This document shows positions 1 to 16,889 of a DNA stretch of 64,000 bases, in pieces (position 1 is the stretch's first letter; each line of letters begins with the position of its first letter). The stretch covers positions 3,643,319 to 3,707,318 of the forward strand of contig CM082594.2 in assembly GCA_040954595.2 (NCBI GenBank), read 5' to 3'. Origin of the DNA: Balanoglossus misakiensis. Lineage: Eukaryota; Animalia; Hemichordata. Made by a program: the position numbers and the translations under genes. Under the pieces are notes generated by a model. It worked only from the letters and a program-made list of their open reading frames with translations, had not been told where the DNA came from and did not search any database.

Positions 1-95
1 ACGACGGAGAGAGCACCGGAAGTTCTCACGAAGCTGCTTATTTCGGCAAGGCAGAGAGACTGCGCAGTGCAATGGTCATGGCTAGAGATTTCCAG
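1..95 (+). CDS. Partial internal exon of an unidentified gene (runs off the window start)
   Basis: Open frame DGESTGSSHEAAYFGKAERLRSAMVMARDFQ with coding-like GC, ending at donor CAG|gtaata. Confidence 0.7.
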
Positions 96-395
96 GTAAT
101 ATTAAGAGCTTTAAAGGGCGACGATCGTCTTATGAGCATGTGCCAAACCAGAGACTCTGGTTACAAAAAAAATGTACGCAGTGAATGCCATGTCGCAACA
201 ACAGCCAAGACGTGTTGGTTTACAGAATAATGCTAATAGTCAGCCCTGGCGTTGGATAATAATTAAAGAATAACATATTCATTACCATGTACTACCTACT
301 TCCCTTAATAATATACAAACTTAGAAATATGTCACGAATGTCTGCTACAATGTACCCCTTATTGTAATTTCTATATACATGTAATTTTTTTCTAG

Positions 396-515
396 GGCTT
401 CCTGTATCCCCGTCGAAACCAAGCCGAGAGGACGGCAGATGTGTCAGATTCTTCCCTGCACAGTGAATTCATCGTCCCCTATGTGGCTGATGGTTCAGAA
501 GCAGCGCGTGTAATG
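396..515 (+). CDS. Internal exon of the same unidentified gene
   Basis: Polypyrimidine acceptor tttttttctag|, 120 nt phase 0-0, GFLYPRRNQAERTADVSDSSLHSEFIVPYVADGSEAARVM, donor |gtaaga; in frame with exon 1-95. Confidence 0.75.
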
Positions 516-553
516 GTAAGAATTGTACTAAAAAAATGTCATGTTTTACTTCA

Positions 554-669
554 TGCTGGGGGGTCAATTCACATTATAATAATTGCATTCTGGGTAAAAG
601 GTAGACAACTCACTGCAGTATGTGTTAACTGTATTTCATGACTTCCTTTGGTCAAACAGTGTCTTTGTA
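554..669 (+). repeat. Interspersed repeat, copy 1 (homologous to 39047-39180, inverted)
   Basis: 31-bp exact match tcacattataataattgcattctgggtaaaa (569-599) to the reverse complement of 39135-39165, with similarity extending on both sides. Confidence 0.85.
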
Positions 670-1518
670 TTTATATTTAATTAGCATATTAAACTCATTC
701 AACTTTTTTTCACATTTGACCAAGTATCAATTTAGTTATGAACTTCCATTTCTTAAACATGGCAAAAATCGGCCATCTTGAAATTGTGACATTTTCAGCA
801 CTCACCTAGGTAGCAAAAACCTATTTAAGGCAGGGAGGATTATCTATTAAACCCTAAGTTGGCAAATTGCTAGGAATGTGAACATCTCATCAAACTGTTG
901 CAAAAAAGAGTCTCAGAATAAAATGTCTTCATGGGTTTGGACTGAAGATGACAATTTTTTGACAATATCGTTTTGTTTTAAACTCCCATAAACAGGGACG
1001 TGACAATCTTGGCAGTATTGACACAACCCATGAAATCAAGATACCAAGGGCTCACCTCAGGCAACCAAGGCATTAGTAATACAACAACAAAAGATGCTCG
1101 CTGCGATGAATTTCAACGTGTAAATTCAAAATGAATCTACCAATATAGCATTATGTATTTTTTTTACAAACCACCTATAGGTCATGTGAGAAATTGAGAA
1201 ATGTCATTTTTTAAATGAAGTGCAAGAAAGGGGTCAGATTGTATGATTATATGAACGATCTATAAGATTCAAATATTTATGGGGTATGAAAATGTATAAT
1301 CAGAAACATAAGCAATCAGTGCTTTTAGCTCCAGTAGCATTTTTGTTTTGGGTATCAACTGTGGTTTCTTGCTCTACTCTGTACAAGATAAATAATTGCT
1401 AAGTATGTGGTTTTCCAGCACAGCCCTGTAGTAATCAGACTTTGTATTGATGAAATCTGAGTTCAAACCTTGACTTAAATTCATTTGTCAACAATAACAG
1501 CCTTTACTCCTATTACAG

Positions 1519-1542
1519 GCATTGTTCAGAAGTTTACAATGA
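1519..1542 (+). CDS. Probable terminal coding exon of the unidentified gene
   Basis: Acceptor ctttactcctattacag|, ALFRSLQ* in phase 0, followed by AT-rich UTR-like sequence. Confidence 0.5.
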   Translation, partial: ALFRSLQ

Positions 1543-1571
1543 ACAGCTATCAAGAGTAGAACAAGAAATTG

Positions 1572-1749
1572 GGGTTGTACCCAGGAGCAAAATACTGAAA
1601 AATCAGACTATTTATTCAAGAAATAACATGAGAATCTGCTCTTTTATATGAACAAATGACTGGGTTTTACCCAGAAGAAAATACTAAAAAATAGACTATT
1701 TATTCAAGATTTCACATGAGAATTTGCTTGTTTATCTGAAAAAATGACT
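1572..1749. repeat. Tandem duplication, 2 x ~90 bp
   Basis: gggttgtacccag...agactatttattcaaga...catgagaat...aaatgact starts at 1572 and again at 1662. Confidence 0.9.
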
Positions 1750-2560
1750 TCAAGAAATTGACATCTGTAAAGTTCATTTCTGTATAAAAGTGATGTAGAT
1801 GTGTATATATGCCAAAACAGCTATACAAAACATGTGTCTGTTGTAAGTTTTATGCAGTGTAGATGAATTTGGTGACATTTACGCTTCTATTTTTTTAAAT
1901 GTTTTTTTTTTTATATAAATACAGGGAGCATAAGATTATTTACAGTCTCTTACAAACAGATGTCAACATCAGGGTATAGTAGGAGTAATTGTTCATTATT
2001 TTGACTTGCAACTTAGGAGTTGCCTTGCCCACTGGGCTTACAGTCTTTCAAAATACAGGCATAATCAGTGACCTTTAATTTTTGTATAGCCCGGCCATAT
2101 ATGGTCAGTGGTTGCAGCTGTGATCTTCTGACACTAACATAAATGCCATTTAACAAAAACAATTGTGGCAAAAGTTAAGTAAATACTTCCAGTTATTTTT
2201 CAAAAGTTTTATAATTATCGAAGTTAATTTCATAATATAAACATTTGTGTATAACTTTCCCCATTTTATGCTTAATCCAGATTGTATGTATTTATTATTC
2301 CTGATAATGTCACGTGGGGTTGCATATCACTATATCTAAAATTTCCCATGCAAATTAGGCACTCCATTGCTGTTTGAACAATCCTTGGGTATAATCCATT
2401 ATTCTACCAGCCAGGTCACATTTCAAAGTTGAGAAAGTAAACATATAGACGACTCAGATTTTTTATCTCTTATGACTTAAATGAAAACAGAACAAAGTGT
2501 AATGGTGTTTTCAAACTTATCATAAACCAACTTGCAATGTATTTGATTCCAGCAATTTTC

Positions 2561-2576
2561 AATAAAAGATTTTATT
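2561..2576. terminator. Back-to-back poly(A) signals (AATAAA on + at 2561-2566; AATAAA on - at 2571-2576)
   Basis: aataaaagattttatt lies between the two convergent stop codons; use of these sites is not demonstrated. Confidence 0.4.
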
Positions 2577-2702
2577 ACTCATTTATAAAATCCAGTCTTT
2601 AATATCAAACCACATTCGCCTATACAATTCATATCTGGTTCTTGCATGTAGCCAGTACTGTAAAAATGTGGTTTATTTCCATCAGTACTTTGTTGTTACA
2701 TT

Positions 2703-6300
<3,598 letters not shown>

Positions 6301-6430
6301 GTTGATCGCGTAACAAACAATACTTGAATACGGCGCGGCGGCGAAACCAATGTGTCAACCCACATGTGACATGCGTAACCTTTGACCCCTGATAAATGAA
6401 CACACCGGCCTAGTAGTGCGCCCTCACCAC
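6301..6430 (-). promoter_or_regulatory. DHFR proximal promoter/5' UTR with E2F-like site and CCAAT box
   Basis: CpG-rich, TATA-less; minus strand reads attggTTTCGCCGCCGCGCC (6351-6332), i.e. CCAAT at 6347-6351 next to an E2F-like TTTCGCCG. DHFR is a classic E2F target in mammals. Confidence 0.5.
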
Positions 6431-7768
6431 ACTTGCCTGTCAATCTCCAATCTTTCTCCAGTGTCTATTCTCCGTTAATAAAGTTAAATGTTCTCGGATC
6501 TCTAATACACTAGGTGGTCTAAAGGTTTGTGTTATGAAACCACAACGTCAGAAGGAAAGAACAATAACCATAACACTGGCATTTTGTGGTAGAAAGAACG
6601 TATTATTCGAGGGAGGGGGCAACTGAAATCTCAGTGGCAAATGCTTCAGTACGCATATTCAACCTTGCAGCTTTATAGTCTAAGAGCAGCTTGCAACTTC
6701 ACCACTCAACGCACGTTTGTATCATGTCAAAAACTAACGCTGATCTGGCAATCAAACATATACTACCCCCGGGCCATAGCTGGTGTCTCGGTGGCGCATG
6801 CATTTGGCAGGTATCAAAGGGAATATTTCGACGCTTTGAAATTCTAAACCACCTTCTGATTGTTGGGCCACCTTGGGCGTCCTCGGCACTTTCGATATAA
6901 TCTTTCCTTTCATGTTATAATGCTCTGATGCCAGTGCAGTGTGGAGAAGCTTGTCAACAAGGCCAGCGCCAATATTAATCAGCGAAATGGCAAAGTAGCT
7001 TGTGAAATACAGAAATAAATTCTTGCGAGTAATTAATATCGTATCGATCATCTGTTATTTTAGTGTCAATGCACTAAGAGTTTGTTGAAATAGTTAGTAT
7101 TGGTAAATTAATGTGTATTGTGACATTCACTGCACATATTGTGATATGTTTAAAGTAAGAATGATGTGTTTACAGATGATGACCAATAAAAATGTAACAT
7201 GGTGTCAGTGGCGGAGTGAGCAATCTCAAATCTGTCTCTCAAGATTTCCCTTGTCATTCTTTCGACCAGGTCATATTTGACAAGACGTTGATTAAGGTGA
7301 AAGGTCACGTGTTTGCAAGACAACTCCTGTCATGTCTGTGAGCTCTGCCGACCGGAATGTCTGTTGGCGGTAATGGGTTTGTTCTCAGTAAGCTGTCAAA
7401 GGGAGCTCCTCTTAATAGGACTTGGAGAGGAAACCGGGTGAAAGCAAAAGCCGCGAGCAACTCCTCTGTGACGTGGGAAGCTAATTTATACCCACATGAG
7501 AGACATACCACCGTTTCCGTGCGTTTTTTTTGTTTCTGAGGAGTCAGTTGATAACTGTATCGGGGACACGTCATGAAATGAACTCACTGCCTTCGTCTCT
7601 GAACGTGTGTCCCTTTATACCCGCTCATTTGCATTATAGCAATCTCTAAAGTTCTGCTTCTTTCTACATCCTCCCTGATGCTGGTTATGTCTGTTTTCAA
7701 GTTGACAGTTACAGACATGGCGGGCGGATATTGAGAGAGGGGGGTGGAGAAGGAGGGAGAGGGCGGAT

Positions 7769-7798
7769 ATGGATGGATGGATGGATGGATGGATGGAT
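7769..7798. repeat. (GGAT)n microsatellite
   Basis: atggatggatggatggatggatggatggat. Confidence 0.95.
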
Positions 7799-10039
7799 AG
7801 CTAGCTCGATATCAAACATGGATCCTTGTTTATCAATGCGAACGTACCGATATCCTACTTGTGCTTGTTGTGAACTTTCTCATAGGGACTGGCAGCTTTC
7901 TTCAGGCGAAATTTGACTTTGTCATACCTGATCGATGACAGCGGAAATCTTACCGCCATTTGGTTTGTCAGAGAAACTGTGCTAATCACGCAATCGAAGG
8001 GGGAAGTGCGTGTTCTGACAAAATGTGCTGCAATTTCTTCAACAATTTACTTGTCCCATTGACCTAGCTTGGTACACTTTCTGGGATTATGCGGGCCAAG
8101 TAGTACGCAATCTTCACGGTCGGCATAACAACAAGATGTTTTGATGTCCGATGTGGGAATCACGTGATTCAGAACATGACGACGATGCGTCCGATGACAG
8201 ATTTCCACGAAGACAATATTTTGTACCCATGCTGATATAAAGGATAGTACTAAGAAATTGTTATTTAGCTTAAATTTAATTTATGAGGGCGCTCGACTGC
8301 GTTAATTGAATCGCTGGGTATTGTAGATGCCAGTCTCAAAGCGTTTTGGCTGCTGGCATTAATAATGCATTTTGCGGTGATATTTTATAATCTCAAAATG
8401 CTCCATGTGGTGGTATTTGATTTCACACTTTTGAATTGTTACTGACGGTAAATATGGTCTGTCTGCACGCATAAATGTCGCATATTGTTGAAATTATTCA
8501 TTTAGTCTTCTGTGTAAATATTGGCAGGCTTGTGATCCTTATTGTGGCTTCAGTGCCCGGGCACGAAGACCTATAAATCACAAAGGCCACCAGATGAGAG
8601 TTCACCGAGCTGTATCAGTTATATATCACTCACTTCACCTTTTCACGGACACCTGGTGCCAGCATGAAGACGGTGACGTCACCAGTAGCCTAGATTTGCA
8701 TCAGCGGCAATCTGTCAAGAAACTGCTCGCGGCAAGCAAGCCGTGTGTAAACCTTATGAAAGTCACGATCGTGGAGTGTAACCTATGATTTCCATTTTCG
8801 GAAGATTTATTTAGACATAGACCCAGGGTCTATGATCTAAACAATAACGTAGGCCCAACGGCCCATAACGGACGAACAGCACGCACTTTTCTGCATAACC
8901 TGCTCAGATTTGCCTCGGACATTAGGCCTGTCTTACAGTAGACACGCTTTGTCGATCAATATCATATGAATTTGTTTTTAACCCTTTTCGTGTTTCCTTG
9001 AGATTCTCCCTCATTATTCATACTATGCTAGCTTCCTGGCCGACCCACGTATTAACACAACATTATGCTGAAGGCATGCATTCACTGGGTGAATAATATG
9101 ATTATTAATAAACTTTAACTTGTCAATAAAGGCAATTTCGACCGAAGAGATTTATCAATCAGAGGCCATGTTATTTTGCCATTTGACGAACCGACCCCAC
9201 TTTTCCGCGGCTAGTATTTTCCCCACACAACCCTTTGGAGTCGGACTGAGAACAATCAAATAAAGTGATTGAGAAATCGTGTCAGATACGTTTTCATTTA
9301 TTTTCTCTCGACTGCCGAATTACCTCGTGAGCCCTTGTGCAATAATTCAGTAACATAAATGATTGTGCAAATAAGAACAAAACATTGAAATGTACATTTT
9401 TAGGATAACAGCGCTTGGTTTTAGGTAAATCGGGTGCAAATCAACATTTTGGGGTTCAAGTATCAAAATCCACATTTTATAAGAACAGTACTTTCATTTC
9501 TAGCCAATGTTTTTATAGTAAAAATCGAAAACAAGTATTTGATAAATTTGTCTCCCGTTATTACCTTGCTGGCCATAAAATTGCTGGAACTCAACACCTA
9601 AGATGGATGATGTGTTAAGATGTGAGTAATTGAACTCTGCTCAATTTCGTCGGTGATGTAATTAATATAAAACGGCTCGGCGGCTGGGAGTCACAAAAAC
9701 ATCCGTTCACTATTTCAGTGTTACTGATTAAACATTAACTTTAAGTTGCAAACAACTTTGCCAAAGAAACCACAGATATTTCAAATATTCAATTAAAAAT
9801 TCTAAATAAAAATACTTAAATAGAAATAAAATCCTATATTCAAAAGAAAGTGCGCCTTGTATATCTGACATGATAGGCCAGCCAGCATTTTAGCCCCTCA
9901 TTGAAGTTTGTCGGTGAGTGCCGCGTTTTAGCAGCGGCAGCTAGACCTTCGTTCTTTGTAAGCCTTACATCTCTTGCAATAGTCAGAATATCGCACAACA
10001 CCGAGAATCGGGTGTTCGAGCTTGGCTTGTTTGATCAAC

Positions 10040-10317
10040 TCATTTTCCGGCCTACCTAGGGTGTCCACTCACAAAGACTCTCTCGCGCTCCGATCCTCGA
10101 TTGTTGCCGTCGATTAAATCAAAGCAGAGACCCTGTGTTTCATCTAGATAGACTCTCATCCGGTCTCCGACGACTCGACTTCAGGCTGACAGCCGTGCGG
10201 AGCGCTTGACTGACAAACAGGCTGAAGCTCTCGCTCTCCGCTTGACTGTGGGTGAGTAACTTTAAAGGCAATACTTGTAGTTTCAGTCCAGTGCATGTCC
10301 AATGTCAATGGGTGAGT
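10040..10317 (+). other. Candidate first exon of a + strand gene with two alternative donors (GT at 10252 and 10312)
   Basis: CpG- and CT-rich UTR-like block ending in TGG|GTGAGT twice, 60 nt apart; the 5' boundary is approximate. Confidence 0.45.
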
Positions 10318-11278
10318 ATTTTTAATGGTATACATTATCCGACTGAGCTGCAGAACTTAAGTTTGGAAGGCACCGAAAAATATAAATGCCTTCATTTCAT
10401 CACAAATTTCCTTCGTTTACCATAACAAGCAGAATACGGTACTGTACACGACGCTGCGACTGTAAATTGTCCTCGTTCAAAGGGTCTGGCGAATTTTTTC
10501 ATCACTCGAAAACGTGTCAACATAGTCATAGCCACATTTACGTGTGTATCTCCAATCCTGCCGATTCGCCGTTGCTATATAGTCAGCGGAACGCCGAAAT
10601 GCACGTCGGCGGCAAGGTTCACGTTATCGTGGGGCCATGGGGATGTTTGCGCATACCCGAAAGTACTCAAATCACAGATTATTTTTCCAGGGCAAGCGTA
10701 TAATCCGGCTTTTCTGCTGGCATACGGCATGACAGCTGACGTGCCCGGAGACGGTTTGATACGGTTGACTTGAATGAAATCCGATTAAACCAATGCAATG
10801 GCGTAGACTTAAATAGAGATGGTTTCCATGCCCAGAGACGAGGTAGAATAAAGGGAAAGGGTAAAAAAATAAAGGAAGAAGGGTTATGTGGTTTTCAACG
10901 TTGGTACAGTTCGCTTGAAAATTATTTTGGCATGCAAAACATTTCACCATTCTTACATGCCGCGCACAGGTAACTTTTCTGGTACCGTACGATTAGTAAT
11001 ATTATCCAGATTAGCTCGGGAGACCTTTGTGTCAGTTACATTTTCTCTTTGTACTATATATTTGTTTGGGGGAAAACTAGATTAAATTTCAAAAATAAAA
11101 AACTGAATAGATCGTGCCAGCGCCCATCTGTTTACCATCGTAAACATATCATGTACTCAGGTAAAAAAGACCTATTAAAGTTTAGCTTAACGCCAATAGG
11201 GCGGAAACTTCCTTAACTGGAGGTTTCCAAGGTAACACGCTGATTTGGTTTCTTTAACTTTATGCTGCTTCGTGTTGT

Positions 11279-11371
<93 letters not shown>
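11279..11371. repeat. (GAT)n microsatellite, ~30 units
   Basis: Directly visible; explains the poly-M/D/H/S/I ORFs. Confidence 0.99.
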
Positions 11372-14300
11372 CAGACATACAGATAACGTGCGCACGCACG
11401 CACAGACAGACATTTCACGTTGCAGCATAGTCCAAAGTTGCACTCACAACAACAGTGTTCGTTTCGGAAGTAGTAGTGCATTCACCAGACATAGGACACC
11501 ACATTTCTTTGAGCTGGCGGTGCAGTTGTGCTATAAGAGGTTTTTACCTAAATTGAACCTCGTGTGCAAAGACTATTGAATCAACTCCTGCAAGGACGAA
11601 AATAGAACAGGTTGCCGTTTACACCGTAAACAACACAAATCTGACATTTACGGTGCCAACAGAGAGCCTTCTAAAACGAGACTAACGTGGAAACCTTAAT
11701 AGGGAATACAACACGTACATCTAATTTTGGACAAGACTAACGTTATAAGGAGCACAGACCCCAATCAAATTACCAGTGTTGCTATAATTTGCACTCAGCT
11801 GGAAAGGTCGCTTCAAAGGCAACCGGTGAAACGACTCTTTCTCAGAATTTAGTTTTCAAACATTTGTTTTCAAATATCGGTTGCCACGATCAATTGGATA
11901 TAATTATATTTTAGAAGATTTAGAACACAGATGTTAAAATTTAAAAAGCGTATCACACAATCTCACTGTACACCAAAAGCAAGTAAAATTGAAATCCTCT
12001 TACAGCCCAGAAAAAACTCCAACTGCAGTATGGGGTCAATTACCTGACCTTTAAAAAAAAGAAAGTCCTGTAAAGTTTTAAACGGTCTGGTTTTACAAAA
12101 TCACGAGGATAGGAATAGAAAACGAGGCGAAATGTAAAAATATGCAACTTAAGAGCATCTTTGAAACCAAATGGTTAAATGCAAGGCTGCAGCTGGTCCG
12201 TCAATTATAAACCATTTGAAGTTGCAAGCTTAATGTATTTCATAATGTAATCTTTTGTTAGAAGAGATACACCAGAGATCAGATTGTTTTTTTCTTGTCG
12301 AATGCTTTTAGCGGACTGATTCCAACACCACCATGCCATATATCATTTCCACGACGGATACTTTACACACGTCAGATTTCAGAAATCTTAGAATGTAAAA
12401 GATTGGGGATCTTCCGTTCAATCACGTCGATTTCTAGGCCATAGTCTTGACGAATTCCATTCTGAATATTAGTATATAGCGCCCCCATTGTAAGTTCCTG
12501 GTGGCAAGTCTTCTGTCAAGTTTTAACGAAATCGACCAACGCATGGCCAGGCAGCCATATTGGTTCGTATCGCAAAACGACTGACATGCATATCATGTGT
12601 GTACGTAATAGTCCTCGTACGCGATGTGAATGAAATCGAGACCAGTCTGCGTAATAGCTCAATCCTTCAGTCGACCCCAGCCCATTTCCACAGATTAACT
12701 AAAACGACGCTACCAAGAGATTCGCCACTGATATCTACAGGACAAGGCTGTACTTGCCTACAAACACTTTTCCGGGTAAGCATACACTCAAAGGAATTGT
12801 ATCATCATTCCCCAACACAGAGTGACATAGCTCATGCGCAGACCGACGAGACCCGAATTCAGACTACCTCAATTTATTGAAACAAATGTGAGTTGTCATT
12901 CTGGTCGACCCTTTGCTCTTTAAAGTCCATTTGTTTATTTCACTTTGCTTTGATTTGATTCCGAAAAGTGGATTTGTCAATTTACCTGTCCTAAAATTGG
13001 AATACTTCGATTTTGGAATGCTAAGATGTCTCTCAAGGGAACCATTCGGCGACTTGGAAGGGCGCGTTGCATTATCACCGCTGTTGGGTTCACGTAATTC
13101 TTGGCCGAGGCGGCGCGCAGTGAGTACATCGACAATTTGGCATCAACCGTATACGATTACATGTGCAAATATAGCCAGAGTTATCATGAAAAGTGGAGGT
13201 TTAGCCAATCAAACAATTTCTACTGGGTGAAAAGTACTTAACCAGCACATGTCCTTCGTAGAATAGACAAGCTTATTTAACCATATGTGGGCATTGGTGA
13301 ATTTCCTTATATGAATAATCTCAGAAGTGTGAATACTTCAAAATGCAATCAGATATTGTCTACATCTAATGTACAGCAATCTATCGACGCCATATTGGAA
13401 CAATCGGGGAGATTGCAAATTATACCTAAAGAGACCATAGATGGCGTTTGTCAAATAGTAATTCTAAGTTGACACATATGGTGAGAATCAAAGTCCATAT
13501 GTACACATGTGATGTTTGGAAGCGAACTCAACCTTCAACTGAAAGTTCAAGGTACTCTTTCTCCGCCATGTAATTGAATTACTTGGCATGGCAAGCCAAT
13601 CACAGCCGATCTGCAAATGTCAACAGTTAAGCCCGAACCCGGTGTTGTAAGATACCCCGGGTGTCTACCTTTGGTTTAACCTAATTTCTATCTGGAGTGA
13701 ATTAGTGTACACAAAGGCAAAGAACTGACTTGTCTATAGGTTTGGAAACCGAACTACACTTACAGACGCGCTCTACTGTCCATAGTGAAAAGAATGAATA
13801 GTATAGAAAATTGACATTCTCCACACATTCAACTAAATTTAATGGATGCGTTGAAAATTAAAAGCACAAAAAACAATGTTGACACTATTGTGATTTGGGG
13901 GAAATAATTTTCTCGCTATTGTGGCGTGCCATTACCAGTACGATAGAGCGCTTATCTGAGGATATTTCATTTGTTAGGAATTCCCTGGGGTCTCGCCCGT
14001 GAACACTTTATTCGCCGTATCGCAAATCTAAGCCCGGTTGCCTCCTTCGATGTCGTTCCACCCATTATGGCCTGAGCTGAATGTCCTGCATAATGTATAC
14101 AAACGTCGTTATCCTCCGTGTAATGACATTTGCTTTTCTAAACTAAGCTTTGGAGCGTCGGGGCGCACACAGCCTAATGGCCTGTCACATCCTATCAGGG
14201 AGTAGGCGCAATGAAAATGGAGCATCGCGCTAATAAAGTTTACGCCATCCTCCCTCCGGGAGACTCGAAACGGTGGACGGTGTATAACCAGTGTGCTGTC

Positions 14301-14682
14301 AGTCAAAGTGTCTTCAACAGAAGCACATACTCTGACGGAATCGCAGAACTGGGAGCAATAAGTCGAGAATGAAATGGGCGATATTTATCACTTCTGAATC
14401 CAGCACAAGCTATATCGCATTGATCAAAAGCAGGAAACTCCAGTGTGTTTCAAAGGCATGTTTCTAAATGTCACCATGAACACGTCAGTTTTTCAACTTA
14501 AGAAAACAACATTGCAGTCGTTATCTTTGCACGGAGATTGTTATCGGATGCAGTCGGAGTAGACATCGGAAGTAATGCAATAAATCATACATTGTATAAA
14601 CCTTAAATCTCGTTTTTCTATCGAACGACTTTTTTGTTCTTGTTTCAGAAGCCGCTGATTGTGGACATATTATGGTGCTTGC

Positions 14683-14882
14683 ATTGTATTGTATTGTATT
14701 GTATATTTGTATATTTGTTTGTTTGTTTGTTTGTTTGTTTGGTTGGTTGGTTGGTTGGTTGGTTGGTTGTGTGTCTGTCTGTCTGTTTGTTGTATTTCAT
14801 TCATTCATTCATTCATTCATTCATTCATTCATTCATTCATTCATTCATTCATTCATTCATTCATTCATTCGTTTATTTGTTA
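14683..14882. repeat. Compound microsatellite (TTGTA)n-(TTTG)n-(TTGG)n-(TCTG)n-(TTCA)n
   Basis: Directly visible. Confidence 0.98.
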
Positions 14883-16889
14883 TATGTTTCGATCTGATGT
14901 TATCTACCATCTTCTTAGCAACCTTCCATGAAAGGAAACGTTCGGTTGCACTGAGGTTTGAAAGAGAAAACTTCGGTTCTCTAAATACCGGCAATGATGC
15001 CAAATAATGGCACAGGGTACCTTACGCGGTGTATTGGTTTGGCGGCTTGAGACCTCTCATTGCTTTTTGCCTTGTTATATAATTGTAGAGACAACACATT
15101 CAAATAATTCAGTGTACTAAACCCTGTGCCATGTATATGAGAGTACCAAATGTGTGACATATAACATTGTGCTGCCTTGGGGAATAAATACTTTTCTGGG
15201 TATCTCCGTAGGCTTGGTCTCCACATGTCGAAGATAGACTCTTGTTCACCGATGCCGAATCGTATTAACGATTATCAGATTAAAGGCATGCAGCTAATAT
15301 CTCTTTTAGGTTCTAATTCTCATAATGGCTCTGTTTGCCGTTCCACTGAATAGTTTTATGTCATTTTTACATTAAATGGGGCAACAAAATGTCTCACGTG
15401 ACATGCATGGCAATGTCTAGACTGATCTCATTATGTCAATTACGAATTATACTGAATTGTAGGATATTGCGTATTTCTCTGCTGATCGCTGTTTGCACTT
15501 TGAATCAAATATGACCAGATTGTGGTAACTTTTGTGAGTGAATGCACTTTCAGACTTTTAAGAGGGGTGGGAAAGAACTGAACATGCATATTCATGCACC
15601 TTACGTGACGCACTACTGATTGGCCGTTACCATGGAACACTCAGACTTTTCTAATTAATGCTAATTATTTTCCAACTATTAGCAACGCCCGGGTCATTGC
15701 TCCGGCCAAAACACACTGGGGTCTGGATACCAGACTATGGGTCGATGTTCAGGATGTGAAATCAGATGAATGACATGTCCCAACGCGCAGCTTTGCTTAT
15801 ACACATTCTATCCATCCAACCTATCTTTTTCATCTCTGTTTGTAAACTCAGAGAATACAACGACACGAACGAACACCATCACCGTTCTTTAATGGCCAGC
15901 AAAGCCCTCTACAAAATATTGAATTTCTGAATCAGCGCTTTCTGCATTTTATATACACGTACTTGTATAGGTATATCATACATATGGTATTGGGTGAACG
16001 TATTAACCCCATTTCCCCTAAATTATCATTTAATAGTCTCTGAGACAGCCTGGCCTATCGTTTCAAATCCCACATGCGTTTCTAAGTCTATGTGATCTGC
16101 GAATAAAACTAGACAGCTTATTCTTAAATGCTTAAAGAAAAATATCCACGCGCCATGTGCGCCCACTTCAGTAATATTTGACTATAACATTAAAAAAAAT
16201 ATGATTATGTTAATGAAAAAAAGTGTAATGTCTAAGAAACAAATACTTTGATTGGCGGATTAGGTAACGGACCAATCACTGATTTGCTGGAACATATCAC
16301 GTGATGGTACCTCCGTGTGTATCAGAATATTAGTCACACAAACTGTAGTGAAACGGTACAAAGATTGCTGTATTATTTGAAGGGGACATATATTGGAACC
16401 CAATTAAATGTAAAAAATTGGGTCTGATAACATGCATTTTCTTCGCAAACGGCAAAGATTGTTGGTGTCATATTCAAGCAACAGCTGTCCAATGTCAAAT
16501 ACAACAGAATATATACGTGACATAGCAGTGACTTGTAGCAGACACGTAACACGAAAATGATGACTGGTTACCACAGCGACGCTTATACCAAGTAAACAAT
16601 CTGCAGTTCAGAAAATTAATTGCGTGAAATATGACTACAATATAAAACCGTACGCTGCGCATTTATTACACGCGGTAATGTTTGGCTTCAAATCATGCCA
16701 AATGTTTTGCCAATTCCCACAAGGGGCTATTTTTATTTTAAGAAGCGCCGCCACTATATTTCATTAGGGTTTGTTCTTGATCAAAATACGGTGCATGTTG
16801 ACGATCAAATTATCAGACATCTTTTGTATAGTGTCTCATAGGATCTTTACGTTCGATTCCCAAGTATATTACCTCAAGCGCCCACCTTC

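Noticed and set aside
11187-11579. Poly-M/D/H/S/I ORFs
   Set aside because: Translations of the (GAT)n microsatellite
14634-15007. Hydrophobic FIHS-repeat ORFs
   Set aside because: Translations of the compound microsatellite
15721-15737. gtctggataccagacta as a TAG-type transposon terminus
   Set aside because: No matching partner terminus found nearby
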